Source of the DNA: Centroscyllium fabricii
Lineage: Eukaryota
Length of the DNA stretch: 64,000 nt
Reading direction: 5' to 3'
NCBI GenBank assembly: GCA_051313645.2
Contig: JBNRSN020000008.1
Location: 42,036,001 to 42,100,000 of the forward strand
This document shows, piece after piece, positions 12,916 through 24,330 of this stretch. Numbering within the stretch: the first letter of the stretch is position 1; the number at the start of each line of letters is the position of its first letter. The translations under genes and the position numbers were made by a program. Below the pieces are notes generated by a model, which did not search any database, had not been told where the DNA came from, and was given only the letters and a program-made list of their open reading frames with translations.

Positions 12916-13431
12916 CATAAGAACATAAGAAATAGGAGCAGGAGTAGGCCATTCGGCCCCTCAAGCCTGCTCCGCCATTCAATAAGATCATGGCTGATCT
13001 GATCCTAACCTCAAATCTACGTTCACTTTCCATCCCACCCGAACCCGTGTGATCTCCCGGGAGAGGCGAAAAACCAAATTTAAAAAACCAATGGCCAATT
13101 TGGGAGAAAATATCTGGGAAATTCCTCTCCGACCCATCTAGGCGATCGAAACTCGTCCAGGAGATCACTCTGGCCCTGAATTTCCTGCAGAACTTACCTT
13201 CTGTAAGAGGTGATTTCCACCCCAGCCAGGAACAGGCCCAATTTACTCTTAAAGGACTCCAGCGAATCAACATACACTGCCCCAACTGGCAGCCTGTTCC
13301 CGAGTTCGCCACTACTTCCTGTGAAAAGAACCATCTCCTGACATCTAACATAGAATTAGAACACAAGAAGTAGGAGCAGGACCAGGCCACATGGCCCCTG
13401 GGCCCGCTCCGCCACCCACAGGACCATGGCC
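12916..13431 (-). mobile_element. Composite CR1-derived element with stacked 3' ends
   Basis: CR1 tail (13431-13345), then a second LINE ORF2 end (VRRWFFSQ) with its UTR, then another CR1 tail ending (CTTATGTT)n. Confidence 0.7.
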
Positions 13432-14508
13432 AGAAAGTTCATGCTTTATGTTGTTTTGATGTCTGTTAACAAATAATTAATTTTGATGGATCTCAAAATT
13501 ACTGCCAATTATGAAAATGTCTAAACATTGTAGGCACAGGTTCATGTTACAAACTATAGCTTGAGCCTTTTCAACTAATAGTGATTGGTCTAAGAACCAG
13601 AAGGGGGAAGATTGCCTCTGTGTTGGACATACAATAAAATTGCAAACCTGTTTAACAAGAATAGGTTTATGATCACCACACATAACACACAGGAAATCTT
13701 ACCCAATGTACTAACTCTGTATAAAATCAGATTGTCACACAATGCAGGTTAAAGTTCAATAGCTGTTTGTAAAATTCATCATAGTCCCCATGGTCAAACA
13801 TTAATTGAAAAAAGTGTTTCTTCATTTGAATCAAATTCTTTCCTTTAAAACCTGATTTAGTGTTCTACTGTAGAAATTACTTGCTCCTCGTAAAGGGATT
13901 CAGTCTTTACCATAAAGTCTTTGAGAACATTTTCTTTATGTTTGTCAGATGCTCTCAGTAAAGGACACAATTTCCATCAAAATGCGTCATTTCATTAAGG
14001 GCGTGGAGTGGAACTGGTTCAGAAGATGGGCATGACATAATTGACAAAGGCAAAAATGCTTTGGCTTGTATCTGGACGGCGGAAACATTAATAACACTCA
14101 ACCCAAGGTAATGCTATAATTATTCAAAGCTGCCGATAATTTTACTGCAGAATTTTCCAAAGAACTGAATTAAATTAATTGAAGAAGGCATGGTTTGTAC
14201 TGGTGATCGTCACTGAGTTGTACTTATGGGTTGGCTCATTTGTGATAAAATACTGAGATGAATCTTGCCACAGGAACGATCACAGCAATCTGAAAATGCT
14301 GAATGCATTTAAATAACATGCATTTTACATTTTAATCAGTTGTCATAAAAGTTTAACTTAATGATTCATTTGGTTAATAATAGATCATTTGTTCATACAG
14401 CAGAATGCACAGTGAGAGAGCAGTTGAAGGGGAGTATACCTGCTTCCTCCTGTGCGGTAGTTTTCAAGGTAAGATGGCTAAAACGGCGTACGATGGTAAA
14501 TTGAAATA

Positions 14509-14853
14509 TAGGATGAGCACCGGTAATCCGGCACCCAATGGTCCGGCAACGTCAGTTGTTCGGCACGAATCGAAACCGGCGGCCTTCAGTCTGTGGAGCA
14601 GCCGCTCGGTGCCGCCGCCGTTTCCCGCGAAGGGTGGGCGAGCGCCAAAGGCGTCGGCGTTTGGGTTGCTGTTTTTTCAGTTCTTGTAAGTGTTCTATCC
14701 CCAGGCTCCCTCCCGGGGAGTGTTCCCCGCGTGCTCTGGGCCCCGGGGAATGTTCTACCCGCGCGCTCCCCCCGAACCTTCAGTGGTGCAGAATTTTCAG
14801 TGGTCCGGCACAGGCCTGGTCCCGAGGGTGCCGGATTAATGGTGCTCAACCTG
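14509..14853. mobile_element. Tc1/mariner-pogo (Tigger-like) MITE
   Basis: TA TSD; TIRs TAGGATGAGCACCGGTAATCCGGCACCC / GGGTGCCGGATTAATGGTGCTCAACCTG. Confidence 0.85.
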
Positions 14854-15980
14854 TACGAATATTTTACAAAGCTCTCTGTACAAATGGTTGATTAAGGTTT
14901 TATCGGACAAGGCACATATTATAAAAATACAACAGTGCACACTTTGTCTGAATCCGCTGTTTTGCACATGCTTTACATTGCTTAAAAAGCAGTCGGCTAT
15001 CTCATTACTCTCCCTGATAAACTGCTTGGCTAAATGACATTCTATTGCTCATATGGATTATTCCCCGAGATAAATATTTTGGGTAGCATAATGGATTTTT
15101 ATGAAATAATGCACCAAAACCCAAAGGTTCAAGTCCCAGCTAGGAGATGCCTCTTATTTCCCTACACTGAATTCATTCTTTATACACGGCACAGCAGTAT
15201 ATACATCGAGTTTCAACATGTCCACCATGTCAATGGCCTAATCTTTGTTCATTATATTGTGTGGGAGTTGAACAACGATTGCTTCTAGAGTACAAACAAG
15301 AAACTATTTGCAAGCTCAAGCATGAGAACTGGTGCCGTTGATAGGGTCCTTGGGGAAATCTGCACCAATCAGAGTTCTGATGAAAGTAACTTCACCTTTA
15401 TTTATTAAAAGTGGTGAGGAACAGGCCTCAGAATGAAACTCATCACAAACATGCTGGCAGATTAATTGTGTTAAATTGAAGAATCCCTTTTTATTAATGC
15501 GCTTTCTTCTTACATCTCAAATTGGGCACTGAATAACAAATCTATTGTGTGAATTAACGAGTACAAGCTTCAATGGCTCGTTAAACAGAGATACTCATCT
15601 CCAGAGGGGACCATATTTCTGACTGCATGTAATAACCTTTAAAGCAGTGGCTCTGGCAATTGCTCTAATTAACTGACTTTGGGCAAGCGCTGGAAAAGCT
15701 AACGATTTTTGAGTTTGTATTAACCCGTAGATGGTCAGCAGGTTCAAGGAAATTCCTATCGCCCTGGGCTGACCATTTTGTTTCGCCCTTCCCGCCACAA
15801 AGTATGTTCTCTCACCACCGATTCCAACCCCCTCCACAGCCACTGTCTCAGGCTGCACAAATGTATGTGTATGAATAACCAGGCCTCTAACGTTCACAGG
15901 AAACTGAACAGTCATGGGATTCAAACCCCCAAAATGCTGATAGAAATCCCAGAATACAATAGCGTGCATAGAACTCAAAC

Positions 15981-16720
15981 GGCCCAGAAATTCGGGTTGG
16001 AGGCTTCACGCGAGTGCAAGCATCCAACCTACACTTACCTGGCGCGCCGGCCGTTGAGCGGTGCCCCTGCATGGAATCCCGATGCAGGGCCTTCCTGAAC
16101 TGCCGGCGCGCCGCGCTCCTGGATCCCAGCAGCGAAGATAGTGCGAGGCTTTGCGCGGGATCACGTGGGCCACGGAGAGCCAATCGGAGCACAGAATGCT
16201 CCATTCATAAGTTTGACAGGAAACGTATGAATACTACAAGCCCCAAAACCTCAGTAAATCTTAAAATATTATTTTTTTTAAATAACTATCAATTACATAA
16301 ATTAGCTATTTTAAACAAAAATTAAAAATTTTGAAAAAAATAATTAAAGCATTTAACAGGGCTAAAAATCAAATTACCTTTCTTTAAAGTATTTAAAAAT
16401 GAAAAACCTGTGGAAATGTTTTTTAAATTGAATTAATTCACCACTTACCTGCTGAAAAGGGGTCTTTGCGCTTGAAAATAGGAGACGTATCTTTCTCCGT
16501 ACTTACCCGGATAAAAACCTGTAAAAAAAAAATCGCAAGTGCATTGCACACGCGCTGCCGCGCATGCGCATGCATTCCGACCCCTGACCCCTTCTTTCAG
16601 GGGATCGGAAGTGCCGGTTTTGCACACATGCGCTGTGCATGCACGAAACTGGCACTTCGGATAGGCCTACAGGTGAGTACTGAGCGCGTACTCACCCGGG
16701 GCGATCGCAATTTCTGGGCC
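15981..16720. mobile_element. Harbinger-like MITE (GGCCCAGAAATT family)
   Basis: 12-bp TIR GGCCCAGAAATT / AATTTCTGGGCC; flanks AAC/AAT; homologous to 45423-46156 and 49182-49735. Confidence 0.85.
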
Positions 16721-17659
16721 AATTATTTGACCCAACTGGTGTTTATGCTCCACATGAGCATCCCCCCACCCTACTTTATCTAACACTATCAGCATAACAT
16801 TCTACTTCTTTCTCCCTCATGTACTTATCGAGCTCAATCCTCAGTAAGAAGTGGAATGCATGAGCAGTGGCATTAAAGAGATAGGACAAGTTAAACACAG
16901 CTCCGACCTTAGCAAATAAACATCACAACTGTGCATCAGACTCCATATTACTAGCAAATATCACCATGGAAACTCTGCTAGTAAATATTGAAAAAATATA
17001 TAAACAATATGGGGTAGAATTTCCACCGAGTTCGCCCCATCTCCTGTTATAACTTTGGTTTAAACAGTTTATGCCATTTTCCTGTCACTTCTGCCAATTT
17101 TCCAACAAGGTTAAAGGCTAGATATTGGGAGAACTCCCACAGAAATTCCAGGTGTTCACCTTGCACGAGGAGTTGCTCTGTATGCTATTTGTAGTGAAAT
17201 TGTAAACACGTTTATAAAGAATGTTTTTCTGATTTTGCTACAACTAGTGAACAGAGGAAATCTTTCACCCTGTACCCACCTCTCATCCTTCTATGTATTA
17301 ATATATGCATGGCTTTTCTTTTAGATGTTCTGCTTTTGCATTGCTTAATTATCTTAGCATCTTCTTCTGTTCCTCATGTTTCAAAATAAATTTTTGCTAT
17401 ACCAGCTCTGATGTTGAGGTTTATGCAAGTGTTAAATCTTAATTGCCAACTGCTGGATGTCTAGGCACGGGTACCTGATTGGCATGTGAGATTAGGGTTT
17501 AGGTGTTATTTAAAAAGTCAGAGGCATTTAGTGAAGATTTTCAACTTGGCATTTGAGCGTAAAACCGACGTTATAGAAACTGCCCGATTTTCATTTCTAC
17601 AGATTTCTCTAGTACAAAGTGAATATCGTCTGAGGTGCAAAGATCTTGCACTGTAACTA

Positions 17660-18036
17660 CAGGTCCGATACTGTTAATCTGACACCGGTGGGACTAGGCC
17701 GGTGCCGAATTAGTGAAAAATCCGAATGATTGAAGCTTCGGCGAGCGCATGCGTAGATCATTCAAAATGGCCACCATGAAGGCCGGCGGCCATTTTGAAT
17801 GGTCTGCGCATGCGCTCGCTAAAGCATCAATCGTTCGGGGAGGCCCGGGCATGCGCAGCCAAGCGCAGCGGCCATTTTGCGCATGCACAGACCAGTCTGG
17901 CAGTCGGGGAGAGGCCCGGGCATGCGCAGCCAGGCGCGGCGGCCATTTTGCACATGTGCAGACCAGTCGGCCGGATTCGTTCTGGACGACTGAAGTTTAC
18001 AGATTAACGGTGTCCGGATTAATGGTGCCGGACCTG
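17660..18036. mobile_element. Tigger-like MITE with internal GCGCATGCGC repeats
   Basis: TA TSD; CAGGTCCG..TTAATC / GATTAATGGTGCCGGACCTG; internal duplicated unit. Confidence 0.82.
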
Positions 18037-18494
18037 TATTACTATGATAAATTGCTTGTAAACTAATCCCATCATCCAACTATCCCAAATCAGCATATAA
18101 TTCAATTGAACTGGCATAAATAGACATTAAATCTACGCTTCAAAGACAGGAACGAAGCACCAAATTCACTCAGCATATTTTGTTTCGCTTCATAAATGTG
18201 TTTAACATAAACAGACTTCTCAACTGCTCTAAATATTCAGCCAGTGAGTCAAACATCACATCAGCTAAGTAATTGAATATTTATGGTTTGATGATTGCCA
18301 TTCACTTATTTTATTGCTCCCCAGTGGTCTCCATTGACCTGGATGCTCTCAAGTATATACTAAACTTCATATTTCCCAAATCAGTATGTTGTGGCTTCTA
18401 CAAAGTTGCCAAACACTTCACATTCTCCAGCGGTGGTAACTACAAGAATAAAGAGTACTCGAGACATTCTTGGCGCCATTTATTCAATGAAATT

Positions 18495-19198
18495 TGTAAG
18501 GGTTCGGGTTGAACCCAAATGCAGAACACCGGAGTCTGTCTAATAGAAATAAAGTACCTTTATTCCTAAGTACCGAAACATATAAATATATCAATATACA
18601 GAGATCTTAACCACAGTGCTTAAACAGTGAATGAATAAGTCAATAATCCCGAGTGCCGGTAAACAGCAGTTCATAAGTCCAAACCCAAGTTCAGGTGGTA
18701 GTAGGGACAAGGCCCAAAGCCAGGTGCAGAGGTACTCCCAGTAAATCCACAATCCAGAAAGGATGAATCCTTGTTCAGAGTTCAGCAAGTAATCCAAAAA
18801 CGACAGGACTGGTATAATCCAAACACGACTGGAATAGAACTCAATATAATAGAACAGTAACAGATACAGCAACACTGAACACTTCAACAAGTGACATGAA
18901 AATAACAATCCGACAAAGGCCAAAGGCCAGCAGGTGGTTTATATCCAGCTCCAGCTCAACAGTATGCTTGGAGCTGGCCAATCAGGTGTGAGCCATGACA
19001 ATAGGTAATTGAAGCCAATAACAGAAAAGAAGCATATAAATTTAAAGAGACAGTCCACCCATGACAAAATTAAATGATTCACAGGTTTTGGAAAAGCTGG
19101 CAACATAATGGAAAGAAAACAAGTTAGATTAATGCAGCACTCAGCAACTACAGGAAAGCCATGACTTCCATGCCACAAAGAGTTCAATGTCCTGATCA
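18495..19198 (-). mobile_element. Probable solo LTR
   Basis: TG...CA ends (TGTAAGG..CCTGATCA); minus-strand TATAAA near 18940 and AATAAA near 18560; TSD imperfect. Confidence 0.55.
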
Positions 19199-19380
19199 GA
19201 AGTGGCAAGGTTGAAATCAATGATCCCTTTAATTATTTTTGGGTGTGTGGTCCCTTTAAGAGGCTGCATGGCCCATTCAAAATACCGCGCACGCATGGTT
19301 TTTCCCATTTAAAAGCTGGCGAGCTGGCTGCGCAGGAGCTGCAGAGGTACGGGTGACCCCGAGCTTCTGGTCGCTTGTCA

Positions 19381-20910
19381 CATTAATTCTCCCCTCCACT
19401 CCCAATCTGACCTCTCTGTCCTTGGCCTCTTACACTGTTCCGATGAAGCGCAATGCTAGCTCGAGGAACAGCACCTCATCTTTTGATTAGGCACTTTACA
19501 GCCTTCTGGACTCAACATTGAGTTCAACAATTTCAGACTATAACCCCCTCATTTATTCAGGCGGCAGCTGTTGATTATTCTGCCATCGCCATTTGCAACA
19601 TTTTATCTCTCCTGCCTTTAATCCAAGCACACACCATCCCTTCAGTTCCTTCCTCCCCTCCCCCTCCCCTTTTCCTGCCTCTGCAGCTGCTTAAAACCTG
19701 TTACATCTCCAACTTTTACCAGTTCTGATGAAGGGTCACAGACCTGAAACGTTGGGGGGGATTTTGCCGGAAGGGCGGGAACCTGACGGGGATTGGTCTG
19801 GGCTGCCTCCGGCCCCGCCCGCCCAAACAGCTGGGAATGCCAAGCAATTTTAGTTTAATTCTAGAAGTAAAAGGGATTAAGGGTTACGGGGACCGGGCAG
19901 GAATTTGGACATGAGGCTAGGTGCAGATCGGTCATGGCCCTGTGTGGTGGGCCCAGGGACCGTGTAGCCTGATCCTGCTCCTATTTCGTGTGTCTAATTC
20001 TGTTAGATTCAGGAGATGGTTCTGTGATAGTAGATTGGTGGTTAGGATCAGATCAACCATGATGTTATTGAATGACGGAGCAGGCTCGAGGGGCTGATTG
20101 GCCTACTCCTGCTCCTATTTCTTATGTTCTTATGTAATTAGGTTGTTAAATCCACGCTGGCGGCAGCGGGAGGTAATTAGGTCAATCGAGTCGAGCTGCA
20201 GTGGGGCTGCGAGCAGCTTGATTGACAGTTCCAGCACTGGTTGTTGTCAGTTCCCATGGAAACACTCCACTGCGACATCACAGTGGAGTGGAGCCAATGG
20301 GAAAGGCCAAGTGCTGGTGACTGACAGGTGGGCGGGTGGGCACAGGATCCCTCACAACTCGCAGTGGCTGTCAGGAACTGTGCAGAACTGAGATTTCTCA
20401 GTTTCTGCTCACAGCTGCTGCTGCAGCCAGAACGGAGTTACTTACTCCTCTAAGGTGCTGGAGGCATGCCAAGCATTTGGCAGCATATCCTTCACACCTT
20501 GAAGGAGAAAGTTATAAATGCAAGAAGTCACACAACACCAGGTTATAGTCCAACAGTAGTAACCAGCGCTGTCAGCGGGGTTAAAGTGACGGGGTTAAGG
20601 CGGGAAACAGTGCAAAATGGCTGAGGACCCTTAAAATGGCATTAAAGATGCCAATTAAGGGCCCTTAACGAGGTGACAACCCATCCCCACCGGTCGGCGG
20701 CGGGAAGGTTTCGGGGTGGGGAATCTGGGCGGGGGAAAATGAGAAAGCGGCGGGGATATGGCAGGCAGGGGCGAGACCCGCCAGTTCTGCTGTTTTGCCT
20801 GCCAGGCCGCCGAAAACCCTGCCTCACGGGGACATGAAAATCCCCCCCGTTAACTATGTTTCTCTCTCCACGGATGCTGCCTGGCCTGCTGAATGTTTCC
20901 AGCATTCTCT
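19381..20910 (+). mobile_element. Penelope-like element 3' end (GIY-YIG C-terminus and terminal repeat with hammerhead), interrupted by a MITE
   Basis: Decayed NSPSHS.SDLSVLGLLHC..LEEQHLIF.LGTLQPSGLNIEFNNF; CTGATGA-stem-GAAAC at 19725-19750. Confidence 0.85.
19754..20848. mobile_element. Harbinger-like MITE, TSD GTT, containing a CR1 composite tail (about 19855-20134)
   Basis: Perfect TIR GGGGGGGATTTT / AAAATCCCCCCC; GTT at 19751-19753 and 20849-20851; homologous to 47851-48682. Confidence 0.88.
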
Positions 20911-21127
20911 GTTAGTACAGAAGTGTATGTTTATATGCATTCTCTACAAAGTAACTATTCTGGAAGCTCCTGCAATAGCCCACTGATTAAATGTACAAAT
21001 GGTGTGGAAACTAAACCACATAGATCAAAATGGCCCTAGGTTCAAACCTTGGCCTATGTTGATTGATCTCAAATAGGGGTGTGTATGGGAATAATCAACA
21101 GCTGCTGCCTGAAAAAATGAGGGGGTT

Positions 21128-21288
21128 ATAGTCTCAAATTGTTGAACTCAATGTTGAGTCCAGAAGGCTGTAAAGCGCCTAATCGAAAGATGAGGTGCTG
21201 TTCATCGAGCTTATGCTGAGCTTCATCGGAACAGTGTAAGAGGCCGAGGACAGAGAGGTCAGAGTGGGAGTGGAGGGGAGAATTAAAT
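21128..21288 (-). mobile_element. Penelope GIY-YIG C-terminal fragment, inverted relative to 19381-19545
   Basis: Reverse-complement match to the same segment. Confidence 0.85.
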
Positions 21289-22427
21289 TAAATGATTGGA
21301 AATAGCATCCCTGGGGTAGAGAGCAGAAAAATAACCTGGCATCTCAAACCTGACCGTTATTAAGTAACCCCCTCGTGGAAGGTGTATGCATGCAGGATGC
21401 TGACAGGATTGAACCCAGCTGTACTATTCCCCAACACTTTAATAGCTTGCTAACACTCAAGCTGGGATTTGGTGTTGTTTTAACACCATTAAAAATAAAT
21501 TGGCAGCATTCAAATAACACTAATACGAAAATCCAGGCATCACAGTCTGGGCTGACAATGGAGGATGGTCACCTAAATGAGGTAGTGGTTGGTTGCTGGC
21601 ACTATGGAAGTGGCCCAAACATAAATAACTACCTTCCAGAAAGAATTAATAAGGAGAGTGAATTTTTAAAAATGCTAATGTAGTTTCATGTCTGAAATGC
21701 TATTGGTGATAGCAAAATCATTAACATTTGAATTCCATCTATAACCACACGAATGAACACAAGTATAGAAACAATTACTCTGTTATGAAATTTTGCTAAA
21801 TATTAAAGCTATACAAAAGCCAGGCTTTGCCGAAACTGATGTGCCTCCTTAACCCATGCCTCACTCCTGCAGTGGACCAATGTATTGGAAATGAGTTGTT
21901 TGGTAATATGTAAACACATCCCCAGAAAGGACACACACACCCTGTTGGTTCTGTTTCACACACACACACTCAGACCAGCTTTCCACAATTTCCTGCCTGC
22001 AGCTGTAGAAAAGTACAGATTTTTTTATATGTAAAAGATCAGAATTACTATACATACGGGAGGATAAATGTGGCTCTTAAATTTATGCTCTGTATGTTTA
22101 AAACCTGTATCTGTGTGTATGTGGCTGTTCTGTCTCAAACCACATGCTGATGCTCCATCTGCAGAACATTCAATATGTGACAAGTAATGGTTTGGCTAGT
22201 GTTCATACACTTCAGTAATGATTCATGTCCCAGACATATAAATACCGCACCCACAATGCTTTATCTAGAATTCTACAGAAAATGTATGAGATTGAAAAGC
22301 AGACAGTGCATTCCTAGTGTTCTCAACATATTCACCTGACCTCTGAACTCAAAGTCACCTCCGTCGATCTGGCAGCAATTGTGTTAGATTGCACATTGCG
22401 ATCGGAAATGGTTTTGTTCTTTAAGAA

Positions 22428-22840
22428 GAAAGACTTGCATTTATATAGTGCCGTTCATGGCCTCAAGATGTCCCAAAGCAATTAAGTGCTTTTTGAAGTA
22501 TAATCACCATTGTAATGTGAGAAATGCAGCAGCCAATTTGCGTAAATCAAGGTCCTACAAATAGCAATGTGATAATCACCAGATCATCTGTTATTTTTAG
22601 TGATGCGAATTAGGGATAGCTATTGGCCAGGCAACTGGAGAGAACTCACCTGCTCTTCCTCAAAAACAGTGCCACGGGATCTTTTATGTCCACCCAAGGG
22701 GGCAGATGTGGTCTTGGTTTAACGACTCATCTGAAAGATGGCCTCTCCGACAGTGCAGCACTCCCTCAGCACTGCACTGGAGTGTCAGCCTCGTTTTTGT
22801 GCTCAAGCCTCTGGAGTGGGACTCGAACCCACAACCTTCT
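22428..22840 (-). mobile_element. SacSINE1-like DeuSINE
   Basis: Inverted homologue of 28888-29312; tail ATAAATGCAAGTCTTTC. Confidence 0.8.
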
Positions 22841-23335
22841 TTAAGTCTGTGTCACAGGCATGGATACAGGTTATGCTGCTACTCACAGATTTGCCTTCTG
22901 AAGCTAGGTCCCAGTCTCTGAGCAGATACGTAGTACGGACATCAGAGTGATAACCTGCCCCGTATGTGTGCGCATCATGCCACGTGCGTGCATTTCAAGT
23001 GAAAGTTTTGCTCGACGTGCAACAAACAACTTTTGCTGGACAGTGGTTCTTGCAGTCCTCATGGCATCATTTTTGACATCATGACACAGTGCATTCATCT
23101 GATTCATCATTCATCTGAATTCCACAAAACCAAAGTTATACTGCCACCATCAAATTTCAAACCTCAACTGCTGAGGGTTTCACTGCTCCTGCTGAAGTAT
23201 ACTGCAGAGCCAGATTGATGACCTGACTCCTGAGCTATATTGCCACTTTTTCCCCATCACTGTAAAACATGAATTGTGCTACAGTACTGTAAAAGTGGCA
23301 GTACATATGAGGCTTGAAAGAACTGTTTAGATCAG

Positions 23336-23607
23336 TGTGGTAAACCACTGTATATTGTATATAGATGTCTCCCCCTTGTGTCCCCTCCCTGTAACTGTAC
23401 GTAACGCCTCCTTGCCAGGGAGGACTCACCTGGGAGGACTCCGCTCCTCGGCTTCCTCCCCAGGCTCCGCCCACTGGGTATAAAAGTGAGAGCACACCTG
23501 AGTGCTCTCACTTTGGCTTGGAAGATCGTCGGACCTATGTCCTCTTCTATGTGAATAAAAGCCTCGATTACATCTCACCATCGACTGGAGTAATTGATTG
23601 TGCATCA
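23336..23607 (+). mobile_element. Solo Gypsy LTR
   Basis: TGTGG...TGCATCA, perfect 5-bp TSD ATCAG, TATAAAA and GTGAATAAAAGCC. Confidence 0.92.
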
Positions 23608-23979
23608 ATCAGGCAGAAAGATTGTTAATTTATAAAACAAAGAAATCACTGAACTGCATATGGGTAGGATATAGGTTTGCAACCATGACTCTCCAGTAAT
23701 GTCACCACATATAGGGGAAGAAATTCAGAATCGCCCCATTTGGGGCGCCATAATTGGCCGCGTGCAAAGTTTAGCGCCTGCTGCTAATTATCGCCTCCAA
23801 CTGCAAACTTGGCTTTTATCGCCCCTGGAGGTGATTGGAGCGCTAAATCAGGTGCTTCATACCTCTCTTAAAGCGCATTGGCCGAGGAGCGAGGCGTTAC
23901 CTCAGAGCGCTGGCAAAGCTCATGTGATGTCAGTCAGCAATGGAACACAGACACACTGGCACCGTCCAATTCTTAAAGG

Positions 23980-24020
23980 AGAGTTCTGACGAATGGTCAT
24001 CGACCTGAAACGTTAACTCT
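23980..24020 (+). ncRNA. Minimal type I hammerhead ribozyme (Penelope-associated)
   Basis: AGAGTT-CTGACGA-ATGGTCATCGACCT-GAAA-CGTT-AACTCT: 6-bp stem I, GGTC/GACC stem II, palindromic AACGTT stem III. Confidence 0.75.
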
Positions 24021-24330
24021 GTTTCTCACTTCACAGATGCTGCTTGACCTGCTGAGCTTTTCCAGCATTTTCTGTTTTTATCTTAAAGGGGAGGGTTGAT
24101 CTTGCTCTCCATCCACATCCTGCTCATTGCAGCCTTGAATCTCGGCCTGGAGAGACAACTGCATCAAATCTGCTGGAAAGAACAATGGAGAGACCCAGGG
24201 AAAGAGCTGAGAGTGCAGCCCCCACATTCTCTTCTAAATCAATACAAGGAAGGGCAAATCAAAATGAACCTGCAAAGTACTGCTCAGTACCCAAAACTCC
24301 TTCACACAGTGTTGAATCTCTCCAGAAGTC

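Noticed and set aside
12689-13390. 233-aa ORF
   Set aside because: Patchwork of LINE tails and MITE sequence, mostly out of the ancestral frame.
15372-15410. Additional hammerhead starting AGAGTTCTGATGA
   Set aside because: No stem II followed by GAAA and no matching stem I strand.
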